Positions 48,899 to 60,350 of a stretch of DNA of 64,000 bases are shown in pieces (position 1 is the stretch's first letter; the number at the start of each line of letters is the position of its first letter). The stretch covers positions 34,286,001-34,350,000 of the forward strand of contig NC_043001.1 in assembly GCF_006345805.1 (NCBI RefSeq), given 5' to 3'. A program made the position numbers and the translations under genes. The stretch is from Octopus sinensis. Its lineage: Eukaryota. The notes under the pieces were generated by a model. The model searched no databases, was not told the origin of the DNA, and saw only the letters and a list, made by a program, of their open reading frames with translations.

Positions 48899-49699
48899 TT
48901 GGGTTGTCCGGAAAGTACGTGCCGATTTTTAAAGAAAAGAAAAAGGTCAATAAATACTTGCCATTACCCAAGTTTTACCAGGTGCTCATGAACAACGAAT
49001 TTTGATAGGTTGAGGCTTTCTCCCGGTTCCCGGTTTCAATGGCGTATGTGTTCCCCAGCTGGACGGGACGCCAGTCCGTCGCAGCGTTACTCATTTTTGC
49101 CAGCTGAGTGGACTGGAGCAACGAGAAATGAAGTGTTTTGCTCAAGAACACAACGCGTCGCCCGGTCCAGGAATCGAAACCACAATCTTACGATCATGAT
49201 TCTGACACTCTAACCACTAAGCCACGCGCCTCCACATTGAGGCTTTTTGCCAATTCGCGCGTTGTGCAATGTGGGTAATTCTCAATTAATGACTTGATTT
49301 GGTCATCATCTGTAGTGGATGGTCTGCCCGAACGCACTTTATCAATAAGGCTACAATCTCCAGCTCGGAACCTTGCAAACCACTTCCGCACAGTTCTTTC
49401 GGATAAAGAAACACCACCGTAAACTGCAAATATTTCTTTGGTTGCTTGTGAGGCATTTTTCCCTTTACGGAAAAAGAAAAGCATCAAGTGCCGTAAATGA
49501 AATTTCTTATCTTAAATTTTTAAGTGTTACAGAATTAACACAGGTTATAGGAACATAAACCTTATTCCACGCAAAGATAGCTTAAGCTGTGCTCTAAATT
49601 GAGGTGTAGTAAAATCCTATTTTATGGACTCGACCATGTTCTAAAATGAGTCGAAAGGTAAGCTACTATAAATCGGAACGAACTTTCCGGACAACACAA
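48899..49699 (-). mobile_element. Mariner transposon (same family as 11414-11979), internally deleted, with nested SINE
   Basis: TIRs and TA TSDs at 48897-98 and 49700-01. N-terminal HTH: MLFFFRKGKNASQATKEI...RSGRP...RELAKSLN-LSKFVVHEHLVKLG. Confidence 0.93.
49020..49236 (-). mobile_element. SINE family C module 1 with 10-bp TSD, inside the mariner ORF
   Basis: TSD ttgaggcttt at 49010-49019 and 49237-49246. Confidence 0.92.
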
Positions 49700-49996
49700 T
49701 ATTTACTATATACTTGTATTAGAGATGTACAGAATGAGTGACTAATAAAACAGTTAAAAATATTAAAGAAACGATGCCATCTTTACAGTCTTCATAATAC
49801 AGATTTTTAATGACGTCATCTGTGTTATAATTGTTCAGCATATGGTGAGAACTTACTATACAGTTCAATTGTATTGGTGCACATAAGGTCTATCGTTTGA
49901 AGTACATCACACAGAAGAGCATTATTATCAAGCATACATACAATGCACACACACACAAGCACATACACACATAAACAGGCACACATACAAGTATAC

Positions 49997-50044
<48 letters not shown>

Positions 50045-50104
50045 GTGTATTTGCATATCTATATATTTATGTGTATTTATGTCGTGACTATATATGAATG
50101 CATC

Positions 50105-50204
<100 letters not shown>

Positions 50205-50294
50205 GTATATGTATGTATATATAGATATTATGTATATTATATATATATATATAAGTCCTATATATAAGTCCTATATATAAGTCCTATATATATT

Positions 50295-50915
50295 GACACA
50301 GCGTAGCTGTATGGTAAGAAGCTTGCTTCCCAACCACATGGTTCTGGGTTCAGTCCCACTGCATAGTACCTTGGGCCAGCGTCTTCTTCTACAGCTTCGG
50401 GTTGACCAAAGCCTTTTGAGTGCATTTGGTAGACAGAAACTGAAAGAAGTCCGTTGTATATATATATATAGATGTATGTATGTATAGTGTGTGTGTGTGT
50501 ATGTATAATACTCGAAATGGGGAGTAGATAGACAGCCGATAACTGATGACTGGTCCTTTCCTCTGTGTATGATTGTCCTGTTTTCCATGTTTTTTACTCG
50601 TTTACATATTTAAATCGTTTGTTTACGTATTTCATGTTCTTTGCACCGTTGGTTACGTCCTCTATCCATATATGCATGTATATGTATATATATTATATAT
50701 ATATAATATATATATATTATATATAATATGTGTTGTGTGTGTGTGTGTGTAGATGTGTATATTTGCGTGTGTATCTGTGTTTGTCCCCCTACCATCGCTT
50801 GGCAACCAATGTTGGTGAGTTTTCGTCCCCGTATGTAAAAGAGAATTTGTCGATTTGTTCGACTAAAGGCGGTGTTCCAGTATGCCGGCAGTCAAATGAC
50901 TGAAACAAGTAAAAG
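50295..50915 (+). mobile_element. SINE family B split at its central microsatellite
   Basis: Head 50295-50460, tail 50760-50915. Confidence 0.8.
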
Positions 50916-50944
50916 AAAATATATATATATATATATATATTCTT

Positions 50945-51750
50945 TTATATTCCTAGAATTAAGATTGAATGAATGTAGTGATATCTAAAGTATGTTTATT
51001 CCCAAACAACACTTAGTGCTGTTGGCACCGCCAGATTGAATGGTACTGCCCAGGTGTCGAAACCATAGTTTTATATATCTGCGTATTTATATTAGATTTT
51101 TTAAATAAATATTCCTCTCCATTCGCGTGTTGTATCATATATTAAATCAATGCTAACTTAAAAATTTTGAAGCTCGGGTTTTTGTTATTGGCGCAAATGT
51201 CAATGTGTTGGCTGAATGCTATTTTTCTAATTTGGGGAATTTTGATCTGGGATCTGTGCAGAGCCATCCTTTTACGTAGACTGTTTCTTTGTTTGGCCTA
51301 TGTATTGCTCTTGACACGCAGAGCAGGTTAGTGCGTATATCAGGTTCTCCGAAGAACATGTGAAACTGCTTTTCACTGTGATACGTTGTGCCTGTTTGAA
51401 GGAGAACTCTGATCTCTCAATTAAATTGACGCATATTCCACAGTTGAGCTTTCGGCGCTTTTATACTGAAGGCTTCTGTGTTGTTGTTGAGTGTGTTCGG
51501 GTTTGTGTTAGGAGACTTTTCATAGATTTAGGTGGTCTCCTGCTTTTTATGATGGTGTGTGTTTGGAGGATTAAGTTCATTCTGTGGTCCTTTTTTAGCA
51601 GGGGAATGTTTTGAAGAATGGTGTCGAAGGCTTCATTGTTAAGAGGGTTGTATATGGATTTGTATGGTAGGGTTTTTGGTTGTAAATCCTTCCTTAATTT
51701 GGGATGTCTGAGTTCCTGGTTGTTGAGTTGAAGGGAACATTCAAGAGATA
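50945..51750 (-). pseudogene. Penelope-like element C-terminus: linker plus GIY-YIG endonuclease (decayed; absent from the ORF track)
   Basis: Minus-strand translation: ...IIKSRRPPKSMKSLL...NCGIC...FTCSSENLIYALTCSACQEQYIGQTK/SLRKRMALHRSQI...FSQHIDIC (IY..YIG core; one stop and one frameshift seen). Confidence 0.88.
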
Positions 51751-51759
51751 TCTCAAGAA

Positions 51760-52029
51760 TTCAGTCACTACTACCATCCACAACAAATCACTTCCAGGGC
51801 ACTTGACCATTTAACATCCTACTACTATCATGGCACTCCCGCATTCTTCTTCTTCTCCCCCTCCTCCCCTTTCTTTTTGTATGCAATTTTTTTTAAAGCA
51901 CTTTTCTTTTAATTTTTCTAAAATTAAATTGTTTTCCATACTTACAGTTGAAAAAGTCTCAATAACTGAAACCGATACTGAAATGTTTTTTATAAAATTA
52001 TTTTAGCATTTTCTACCTTGACTTTTTTT

Positions 52030-52030
<1 letters not shown>
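51760..52030 (+). mobile_element. Inverted PLE pseudo-LTR with degenerate minimal hammerhead (51945-51980)
   Basis: cag TTGAAAA agt-ctcaata-act GAA AC cg AT A ctg. Three substitutions from an intact CTGAAGA...GAAACCGGTA core. Opposite orientation to the GIY-YIG frame. Confidence 0.5.
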
Positions 52031-52063
<33 letters not shown>

Positions 52064-52976
52064 CGATGTAGCACACCTGCAGCAGGAGTTGGACTCAATT
52101 TACAGATGGGCTGAGGATAATAATATGCAGTTTAATGCTGAAAAATTCCAAGCCCTGCGCTACTAGCATTCAAAACTGAATATGAAACTTACATGGTACA
52201 CCGGTCCACAGGGAATTTCAATCCCAGACCATAAATCAGTGAGGGACCTGGGTATCGACATGAGTGATGATACCTCTATGCAAGTGCACATTACCAGGGT
52301 GGCGACAAAGTGCAGATGACTGGCTGGATGGATCCTGAGAACATTCAAACCAGAGATAAGGAAACCATGATGGTCCTCTGGCGGACATTCTACCTCAGCC
52401 GCCTGGATTACTGCTCATAGATATGGTCACCCACCAGTGTGAAATTAACAGCGGATCTTGAAGCAATCCAGAGAAGATTCACAAAGAAGACCGTCTCTTT
52501 GCAATAGCTCAGCTACTGGGAAAGGTTGAAACAGCTAAGACTCTACTCCCTGGAGAGAAGACGGGAGAGGTATGCAGTAATATATATCTGGAAGATCCTG
52601 AAAGGAATTGTGACAAATTTTGGCATCGAAAGCTACACCAATGCCAGAACGAAACGACACTGCATAGTGCCAAAGGTACCAGCAAAATCATTACGCTTCA
52701 GGACCAGTTACTGCAACAGCCTGGGTTTCAAGGGCCCACAGCTTTTTAATATTCTCCTAAAGAGTATGAGGAACTTGCACAAAGTAGATGCTGGACTTCT
52801 TCCTGTCGAGAGTCCCAGATGAACCTACCCCACGGCAAGAGGTGCAAATGAGGGTAGCTTTATCAAACTCCATGCTTGACCAAGTGCCACATATTAGAGG
52901 AGGTTCTTAGTAATAACAGTGTAGCAAAACGGTGGTGCATCAGCATGGCCGCAGCTGTGAGCTGAAACTAGAGAGA
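52064..52976 (+). mobile_element. CR1-group LINE 3' end (RT C-terminal region plus 3'UTR), 5'-truncated
   Basis: LQQELDSIYRWAEDNNMQFNAEKF, SVRDLGI, LSRLDYCS.IWSP, LEAIQRRFTK, SYWERLKQLRLYSLERRRERY. Confidence 0.9.
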
Positions 52977-52985
52977 ATATATATA

Positions 52986-53020
<35 letters not shown>

Positions 53021-53027
53021 GATATAT

Positions 53028-53062
<35 letters not shown>

Positions 53063-54254
53063 GATAATTGTTCTACTCCAGAGAGGATATACAACTATTT
53101 TTTCTGTAATCTTTTACAGTTCTCACTCATTATGCCACCAGGTTACACAATATTATCAAATACTACCACTAATACTACCACTGGCACAAGCAGTAATATA
53201 ATATCAGCTGCAAGTCCCTTTGCACCGTAAACGACCCACACCGATACGCTTACCTCATCAAGATGACAACAACTCAACCGAAGCCATTAGCTGTTGATCC
53301 ACGCATCTGGTTATCACAACCAATTGGAAAACGATTCCTCAACTCTTATCCGACCATCTATATATTAACATCATAATACACTCACACATCAATGAACAAA
53401 GGGGGGAAAAAAAACGCTTTTATAAACATATCCGGAATTATCATTTGTGTCTGATGAAAAAAAAAAAAACAACACCCCAAATAAAAACCAAAATAAAAAT
53501 TAGTCATTAATCACTTTCTCTCAACTTTTATGCATTTTTAGTTTTTTTTTAACGCTCCAAGCATTAACTATATCATCACTAACATACCTATTGTTTTTCA
53601 TGCGGATGGCGTCTTTGAATCATCAATATTCGTATCAGCTTCTCCTGTGAATGACCGCATGCATATTACGATGTTATGATACTCAAGTTCATAATTTTAA
53701 CGAGTTGTGTCTTTAATTTCACATAGGAAGCGAAGGCAATAGAGTCGAAAATATGGAGCCGTGTCCATGTTTCGAATTATATTTGTAGCTATTTTATTTA
53801 CAACACTTACGCTCTCTGGAAACGATTGATCGCCATAGTAACCGCTGTTACAACTTGTAAACGTTACTTTTATTAAGAACCAATAAGGTTGCCTTTGTGT
53901 TTTGACACACCGTATCATATACAATTCGTCACAGCATGTCGGATGGTTTAGTATGAATGTTCAGTTAAAGAGAGGCATAATGTAACTGGAATTGTTGGTC
54001 GTGCTTGGACAGCTACTTGAGGGCCTGTTCGATCAGAATTGACCCACAACTAGACAACTACGACAACGGCAAAAGTAGTTATAATGGTGGTAGTAGTAGT
54101 AGTAGTAGTGGTGGTGGTAACTGTAGTTGTGGTAGCAGTAGTAGCAGCAGCAGCAGCAGCAGCAGCAATAGCAGCAACACCAATACTTATGGAGATGTTT
54201 CAATCTTATTCGGAGCACATCATTCGTTTGCGTATGAATATAGAACAAGTTGTG

Positions 54255-54565
54255 AAGGCGCGTGGCGTAGTGGTTAGGGCATTCGACTCATGTTTGTAAG
54301 ATCGTAGGTTCAATTGCCGGCGATGCATTGTGTCCCTGAGCTAGACACTTTATTTCCCGTTGCACCAGTTGGCAAAAATGAGTCGTACCTGTATTTCAAA
54401 GTGCCGGCCATGTCACGTTCTGCGTCACATTGAATCTCCCTGAGAATTACGTTAGGGGTACACGTGTCTGTGGAATGCTCAGCCACTTGCACGTTAATTT
54501 CACGAGCAAGCTGTTCCGTTGATCGTATCAGCTGGGACCCTCGTCGTCGTAACCGACGGAGTGCT
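54255..54565 (+). mobile_element. SINE family C, 3' module 2
   Basis: gaaggcgcgtggcgtagtggttagggc...gtcgtcgtaaccgacggagtg. Confidence 0.88.
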
Positions 54566-55473
54566 CCTTTTAAAAATAGAACAGCTTTGATGTTAACAAT
54601 AGTTAATGTTTAATGTTATAATTAATCTTTTCTACTATAGATACAATGTCTCAAATTTGGAGAAGGGGACTAGTCGACCACATCAACCCCAGTACTCAAC
54701 TGGTACTTAATGCTTTAAAAAAATGTTATTTGAATATGCTGTGAAGAAATAATGATGGGTAGTAACGAATATAATTTTTTATCTTTTTAGAAATTGTGAA
54801 AAATATTTCAAACTTGTTTCGTTTTTCTTCTGTCCTCTTTAGCGATGTATAGCCTCCATGGTGCTTGCCGATGTGAACGAATTACAAATCGCGAAATATT
54901 ACATTACATGCACGGATGCGCATACATGCTCGTACACGTGCGCAGACACGTGCACGTACGTTGTGTCGGTAGATGGTATGATGGTCATTATCAGGAACGG
55001 AGGAGATGGGGACATGAAGGTCACCATGTCATCGATGATGCTTCTTTGTGTTACATCTCCACTCCCCCCACTTCCCTTTTATCAACTGTAGGTCTCTGAT
55101 TACATAGTCATCCGTTTCTCTCTCTCTCTCTCTCCAGTTCCCTTCCACTCTTTATAGATCTGTTTATTCTGGTGTTATTCTGTTGATGGAGAGAGAACTA
55201 AATCAATTGAGAGATAAATTTATATATCTTCAGAATACTGCTGTAGAGACATGTAACAGAACGCTTTAGGACTTGTGTGAGAAACAGAGATAATAGAGCG
55301 AATGAGCAAGCGAGCGAGCGAGAGAGAGAAAGAGGTAGAGAGAGAATGGAAGAGAAGTGAACCAGCAAATGAGAGAGACAGAGAGAAAAAAGGCAGAGAA
55401 AGATGGGGAAAGGAAGAACAGACTCAAATTGCAACAAAAAACCTCCTGTTCTCGAAGCATACAGCCCCAATAG

Positions 55474-55516
<43 letters not shown>

Positions 55517-55789
55517 TAATATATGTCCAATAGTGTCATTCCAAATTCAATTTACATGTGACGTGAGACAGTCTAATCACGAAATATATTATTACATGTT
55601 TGTGCACGTGAGCAGACACGCACATACACACACGCGGAGTATATTCCGTGTTTCATCTTTTGGTTCGTCATGTGCTTTAGGGAAGTTTCGGGTTCTATTA
55701 AATTTTATATTACTCTATACCTAAAACTAAGTGCTTTTTATCTCGAGTTTGTGCTCATTAATGTTTATTCCCTGTTTATTATTGCGTAC

Positions 55790-55826
<37 letters not shown>

Positions 55827-56144
55827 GTGTGTGTGTGTGTAGTTATACAAACTCATACTTACATATATTAACACCCCCCCACACATACATATATACATAC
55901 AAGCATGGAAGTATGCTCAAAAAATTCGCTTCACAACTTCAAAATGTCGGGTTCTCTTCCATTGCACGGTACCTTGAGCAATACTTGATGTATATATCTG
56001 CACGAGTTTGCATGTATGTATGTATGTATGTATGTATGTATGTATGTATGTATGTATGTATGTATGTATGTATGTATTTATTTATGTATGTATGTATGTG
56101 TGTATATGTTTATGTATATATACTCATACTCATATATATATATA

Positions 56145-56270
56145 TAGGAGTTACTGTGTAGTAAGTAGCTTCCTTACGAACCACATGGTCTTCTACTATA
56201 GCCTCGGGCCCACCAAGGCCTTGTGAGTGGATTTGGTAGACGGAAACTGAAAGAAGCCCGTCGTATATAT
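56145..56270 (+). mobile_element. SINE family B head with internal deletion
   Basis: ggagttactgtgtagtaagtagc...gaaagaagcccgtcg. Confidence 0.8.
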
Positions 56271-56302
56271 ATGTATATATATATATATATTTGTGTGTGT
56301 GT

Positions 56303-56344
<42 letters not shown>

Positions 56345-56963
56345 ATGTGTGATGGCGCACACACGCACCTGCACACATACGAAATTTGTTTGACCCTAAT
56401 CACGTCATGGTCGACTTTGTATTATCTCACTTCACTGAATGTATTCGTAATATGCGTTGCGTTGGAATTAAATATGAAACTGTTGTTATAATCAAACGCC
56501 TGTACCCGCTCTTTAAATTAGTCCATCGAAATTGTTGCTACAATATTGAATTTCGTTTCACTCAGTACAAATTAAATTTTAAAATGTAACTGTGCCGTCT
56601 CCGAACCATTATTGGGAAAATGGAATACGAAGACGATTACAGATAACATTCAGTAGGTATAATATATTTAACTTTAAAACATATTTATTTGAATTTAAAG
56701 CTTAATGCCGTGACATCGTTTCTTTGCTATTTCACCCAAGGGAAATCACGAATTTATTGATATATTCATATTATCTCAAATGCGATATGCGATCAAACAT
56801 ATCAGATATGAAAAGAAACCAGCATTCTACAGTGTCACATTCTTATTATGGTCTATCAAAAGACATCATCAATGTGCTTACATAATATTTAAGTTATCGT
56901 TAGCATATTTAACGTAGTAAACATTCCAAAGTAACTGTCTGGGGGTGAGGAAAAAAATGAATA

Positions 56964-57474
56964 CCGTAAATCCTCGAGAATAGTCCGCCCTTGAGTATAA
57001 TACGCAGGGGATTTTTAGGGGGCTGTGCCTCTGAAAAACCTAAACCATGTGTATAATACGCACCCCTTCTCTAACTTGAGTCAAGGAGGTCTATATAACG
57101 TCCTTGGTTTGTAAAAATGTATACGGTAACGTCCTTTATTATTATTGTATATATAACATAATGCAAATGTGTAGCATTTTTGTGCATTATGTTTGCAGAA
57201 AATAAAGAAATAACAGTAATAACGTTTAATAAATGTTGCTTACTGCAAGTTATGGATGATTCTTTTATGACTTCGTTGCTTTCAGGCTTAGCTTAAGGTA
57301 TTTTCGCGCCCGACATCACAAAATGCGTCTGAATAAACATTGCCGGACAGCAAATAGAGGCTTTAACATTACTTAGAAAATAATTTTCATTCTTAACCTC
57401 GTGTATAATATGCACTAGGGATTTTGACCTTTAAATTTTGGGAAGAAATGCGGATTATACTCGAGGATTTACGG
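56964..57474. mobile_element. Non-autonomous Tc1/mariner-superfamily (pogo/Tc2-type) MITE, 511 bp, TA TSD
   Basis: TIRs ccgtaaatcctcgagaatagtccgc / gcggattatactcgaggatttacgg; TA at 56962-63 and 57475-76. Confidence 0.88.
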
Positions 57475-57837
57475 TATATATTGTGAATTATTTTTTTGTT
57501 TTTTAACAAGTACGAGATAGAACTGCAGACGTGTTTTGGTCTTATTGTAAACTTATCATAAAACTATGACTTAGTGGATTTGCCAATGTAGTGATGGCAG
57601 TGTCAGTAAATAAATCTACAAGAATGTACAATGGATGGTGTACGAAAAACAATTGTTTGAGAATTCAGAGACGCCATCAGTGTTCATATTGTATAATAAT
57701 AGTCAAGCATGTCGTTTAAAAGTAATTATCATAGCTATCCCGGACGATACAATCACTGGACAAGGCTATTTGATTGTAAATCCTCTATATTTTCAATAAA
57801 ATTTCGACATTAACATATTCTCCATTTCGTCATATGA

Positions 57838-57877
<40 letters not shown>

Positions 57878-58034
57878 TGTGTGTGTGTGTGCGCGTGTGT
57901 GTGAGTGAGAGTGAGAGTGACAGCGTGAGAGGCAGAGAATGAGGGGGGGGGTGAGAAAGAGATTGAAAGAGAGGGGGTGATAAGTTTTAAGAAAATTTAA
58001 GCATATTTATAGAGAAAGTTTTTATAGAGAAAGT

Positions 58035-59215
58035 AGGGCTTGCGTTAGGGTGAGTGGTGAAGTAAGTGGGTGGTTTGATGTGAAGGTGGGGTTAAGACAG
58101 GATTGCGTGATGTCTCCGTGGCTGTTAAATTTATATATGGATGGTGTGGTGAGGGAGGTAAATGCTAGAACCCTTGGTAGGGGAGCGCAAGTGGTGGTAC
58201 AAAATGGAGAGAAATGGCAGGTGAGTCAGTTGTTGTTTGCTGATGATGTAGCACCGGTGGCGCATTCGGAAGGGCAACTGAGGAGACTGGTGGTAGAGTT
58301 TGGAAGAGGGTGTGAGAGGAGGAAACTGAAAGTGAATGTAGCTAAGAGTAAGGTGATGAGATGTTCAAGAGAAGGAAGGGTACGATGGATGTGAGTATAA
58401 ATGGTGAGATGTTAGAGGAGGTGAGTGTTTTCAAGTATCTGGGATCACATGTGACGGTGGATGGGGGTGTTGGCTGGGGAATTGGGATACAGAGTGAGGG
58501 AAGGGAGTAAGATACTTGGAGTTATGAAAGGTATGTTGAGAGATAAAAGGTTGAGTATGAAAGTTAAAAGAGGTGTATATGGAGGGCTTGATTGTGCCAA
58601 CAATGTTATATGGTGCAGAGACGTGGGTGATGAGAGAAGCAGAAAGGAGGCGACTAGATGTGTTTGAGATGAGATGTTTGAGGGCTATGGTTTGCGTGAC
58701 ACGGATGGACAGGATGAGGAATGAGGAGGTGCGAAGGCGTGTAGGAATGAGAGAAAAACTAACAACCAAAATGGATAGACGAATGTTGAGGTGGTTTGGC
58801 CACATGGAGAGGATGGATGATGAGCGGATGGTAAGGAGGGTGATGAAGGCAGAAGTGGTAAGCAGCAGAACCAGAGGCAGACCTCGGTTTGTGTGGAGAA
58901 TGTAGTGGAGGAAAGCTTTGGTGGTTAGGGGCAAGAGAGTTTATAAATGATAGGAAAGCTTGGAGAGTATTTGTGCACGGGTGAGTGAATTTGATGTTGC
59001 TCCAAAGGGTACAGAACCAGCATGATGCGGCGGGTGTAAACCAGCATATGCTGCCGGGCCCTGCTACTAACATTGGGGGTTGCGTTCTAACCTTGACCCG
59101 AGCATAGAACGGGGCTCGCCTCTTTGAGCTGAGAAATGAATGGAATGCCTAGTGTGTGTCTTGTGGCTACGCACTCCTACAAAAATGGGGAATAAACCTA
59201 TGTATTAAAAAATAA
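58035..59215 (+). mobile_element. RTE-clade LINE 3' portion (RT C-terminal half plus 3'UTR), 5'-truncated
   Basis: GLRQDCVMSPWLLNLYMD, LLFADD, KLKVNVAKSKVM, FKYLGS, LYGAETW, LRWFGHMERM, RGRPR; frameshifted. Confidence 0.92.
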
Positions 59216-59377
59216 GGTTTCGATACTACAAAACGGCAATTTTAATAAACTTGTAATTGCCTTTTCCATACATTACTCATTTCATTTTTATATTGATGCA
59301 TTCATCACTACATATATTATGGGTTCGGCTGTGCAATGACTTTCATTTAAAGGTAAATGGAAGGCGGCGAGCTGCCA

Positions 59378-59595
59378 GAAACGTTAGCACGCCGGGCGAA
59401 ATGCGTAGCCGTATTTCGTCTGCCGTTACGTTCTGAGTTCAAATTCTACCGAGGTCGACTTTGCCTTTCATCCTTTTGGGGTCGATAAATTAAGTACCAG
59501 TTACGGACTGGGGCCGATGTAATCGACTTAATCCGTTTGTCTGTCCTTGTTTGTCCTCTGTGTTTAGCCCCTTGGGGGTAGTAAAAAAATAGGTA
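59378..59595 (+). mobile_element. SINE family A, tail type 1
   Basis: Near consensus. Confidence 0.92.
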
Positions 59596-59838
59596 AATGG
59601 AAGAGGTTAAATTTTCGATCTGACACTATGACTTTGCCTTCCTCCACTTCAACATAATACAAGATATACTTTCCATAGTCTTACTCATTTGGTGATTACT
59701 TTCAACTTTTCTCAGTTAGAAACTCGGAGCGGTCATAAATATAACCTTGTTGTTGTTGCTGTTGCTATTTAGCTCCGGATTAAGTCTGAGCATTTCTATG
59801 ACAAACAGCATTCTTTCTCTAACCAACCCATATTTATA

Positions 59839-60068
59839 GGCGGCGAGCTGGCAGAAACGTTAGCGCGCCGGGCGAAATGCTTAGCGGTATTTCGTCTGCC
59901 GCTACGTTCTGAGTTCAAATTCCGCCGAGGTCGACTTTGCCTTTCATCCTTTCGGGGTCGATAAATAAAGTACCAGTTTCGCACTGGGTCGATGTAATCG
60001 ACTTATTCCCTTTGTCTGTCCTTGTTTGTCCCCTCTATGTTTAGCCCCTTGTGGGCAATAAAGAAATA
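59839..60068 (+). mobile_element. SINE family A, tail type 1
   Basis: Near consensus, ends gggcaataaagaaata. Confidence 0.92.
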
Positions 60069-60114
60069 CATATTTATAGAGGCATGTGGGATAACGTAAT
60101 CCAGTTTTGCTTAC

Positions 60115-60350
60115 ACCTTCCAAAAGGCGGTAGCATTGTCTTTACAGATTATTTGACTGTTGTTTCTGGCAGATAAGTGACTACATATAGGTTCCCTTGT
60201 TGAAATGGCCATATACTTGTACGGTATGCGTTTATTAGTAAACATGTCGAATATTCTGTTGCGAACAATCGCTGAATTCAATAGCGACAGCGAGAGAATA
60301 TTTCATAGGAAATTCTAAAAAACGGATGCTCTTGTACATAGAAGGAAGAA
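60115..60350 (-). other. Candidate host-gene exon (possible start exon, unknown product)
   Basis: Very strong acceptor (tctttctttcttttttttttttttgcag) and a GTAAGC donor. ATG at 60245 opens 43 codons to the donor (MFTNKRIPYKYMAISTREPICSHLSARNNSQIICKDNATAFWK). No family recognised. Confidence 0.35.

Noticed and set aside
53811-53853. EGF-like CNSGYYGDQ micro-exon with GTAAGT donor
   Set aside because: No polypyrimidine tract, and the expected closing cysteine is missing; likely chance.
59378-59480. tRNA genes in SINE heads (families A, B, C)
   Set aside because: A and B boxes continue directly into SINE bodies without a complete cloverleaf; these are retroposons.
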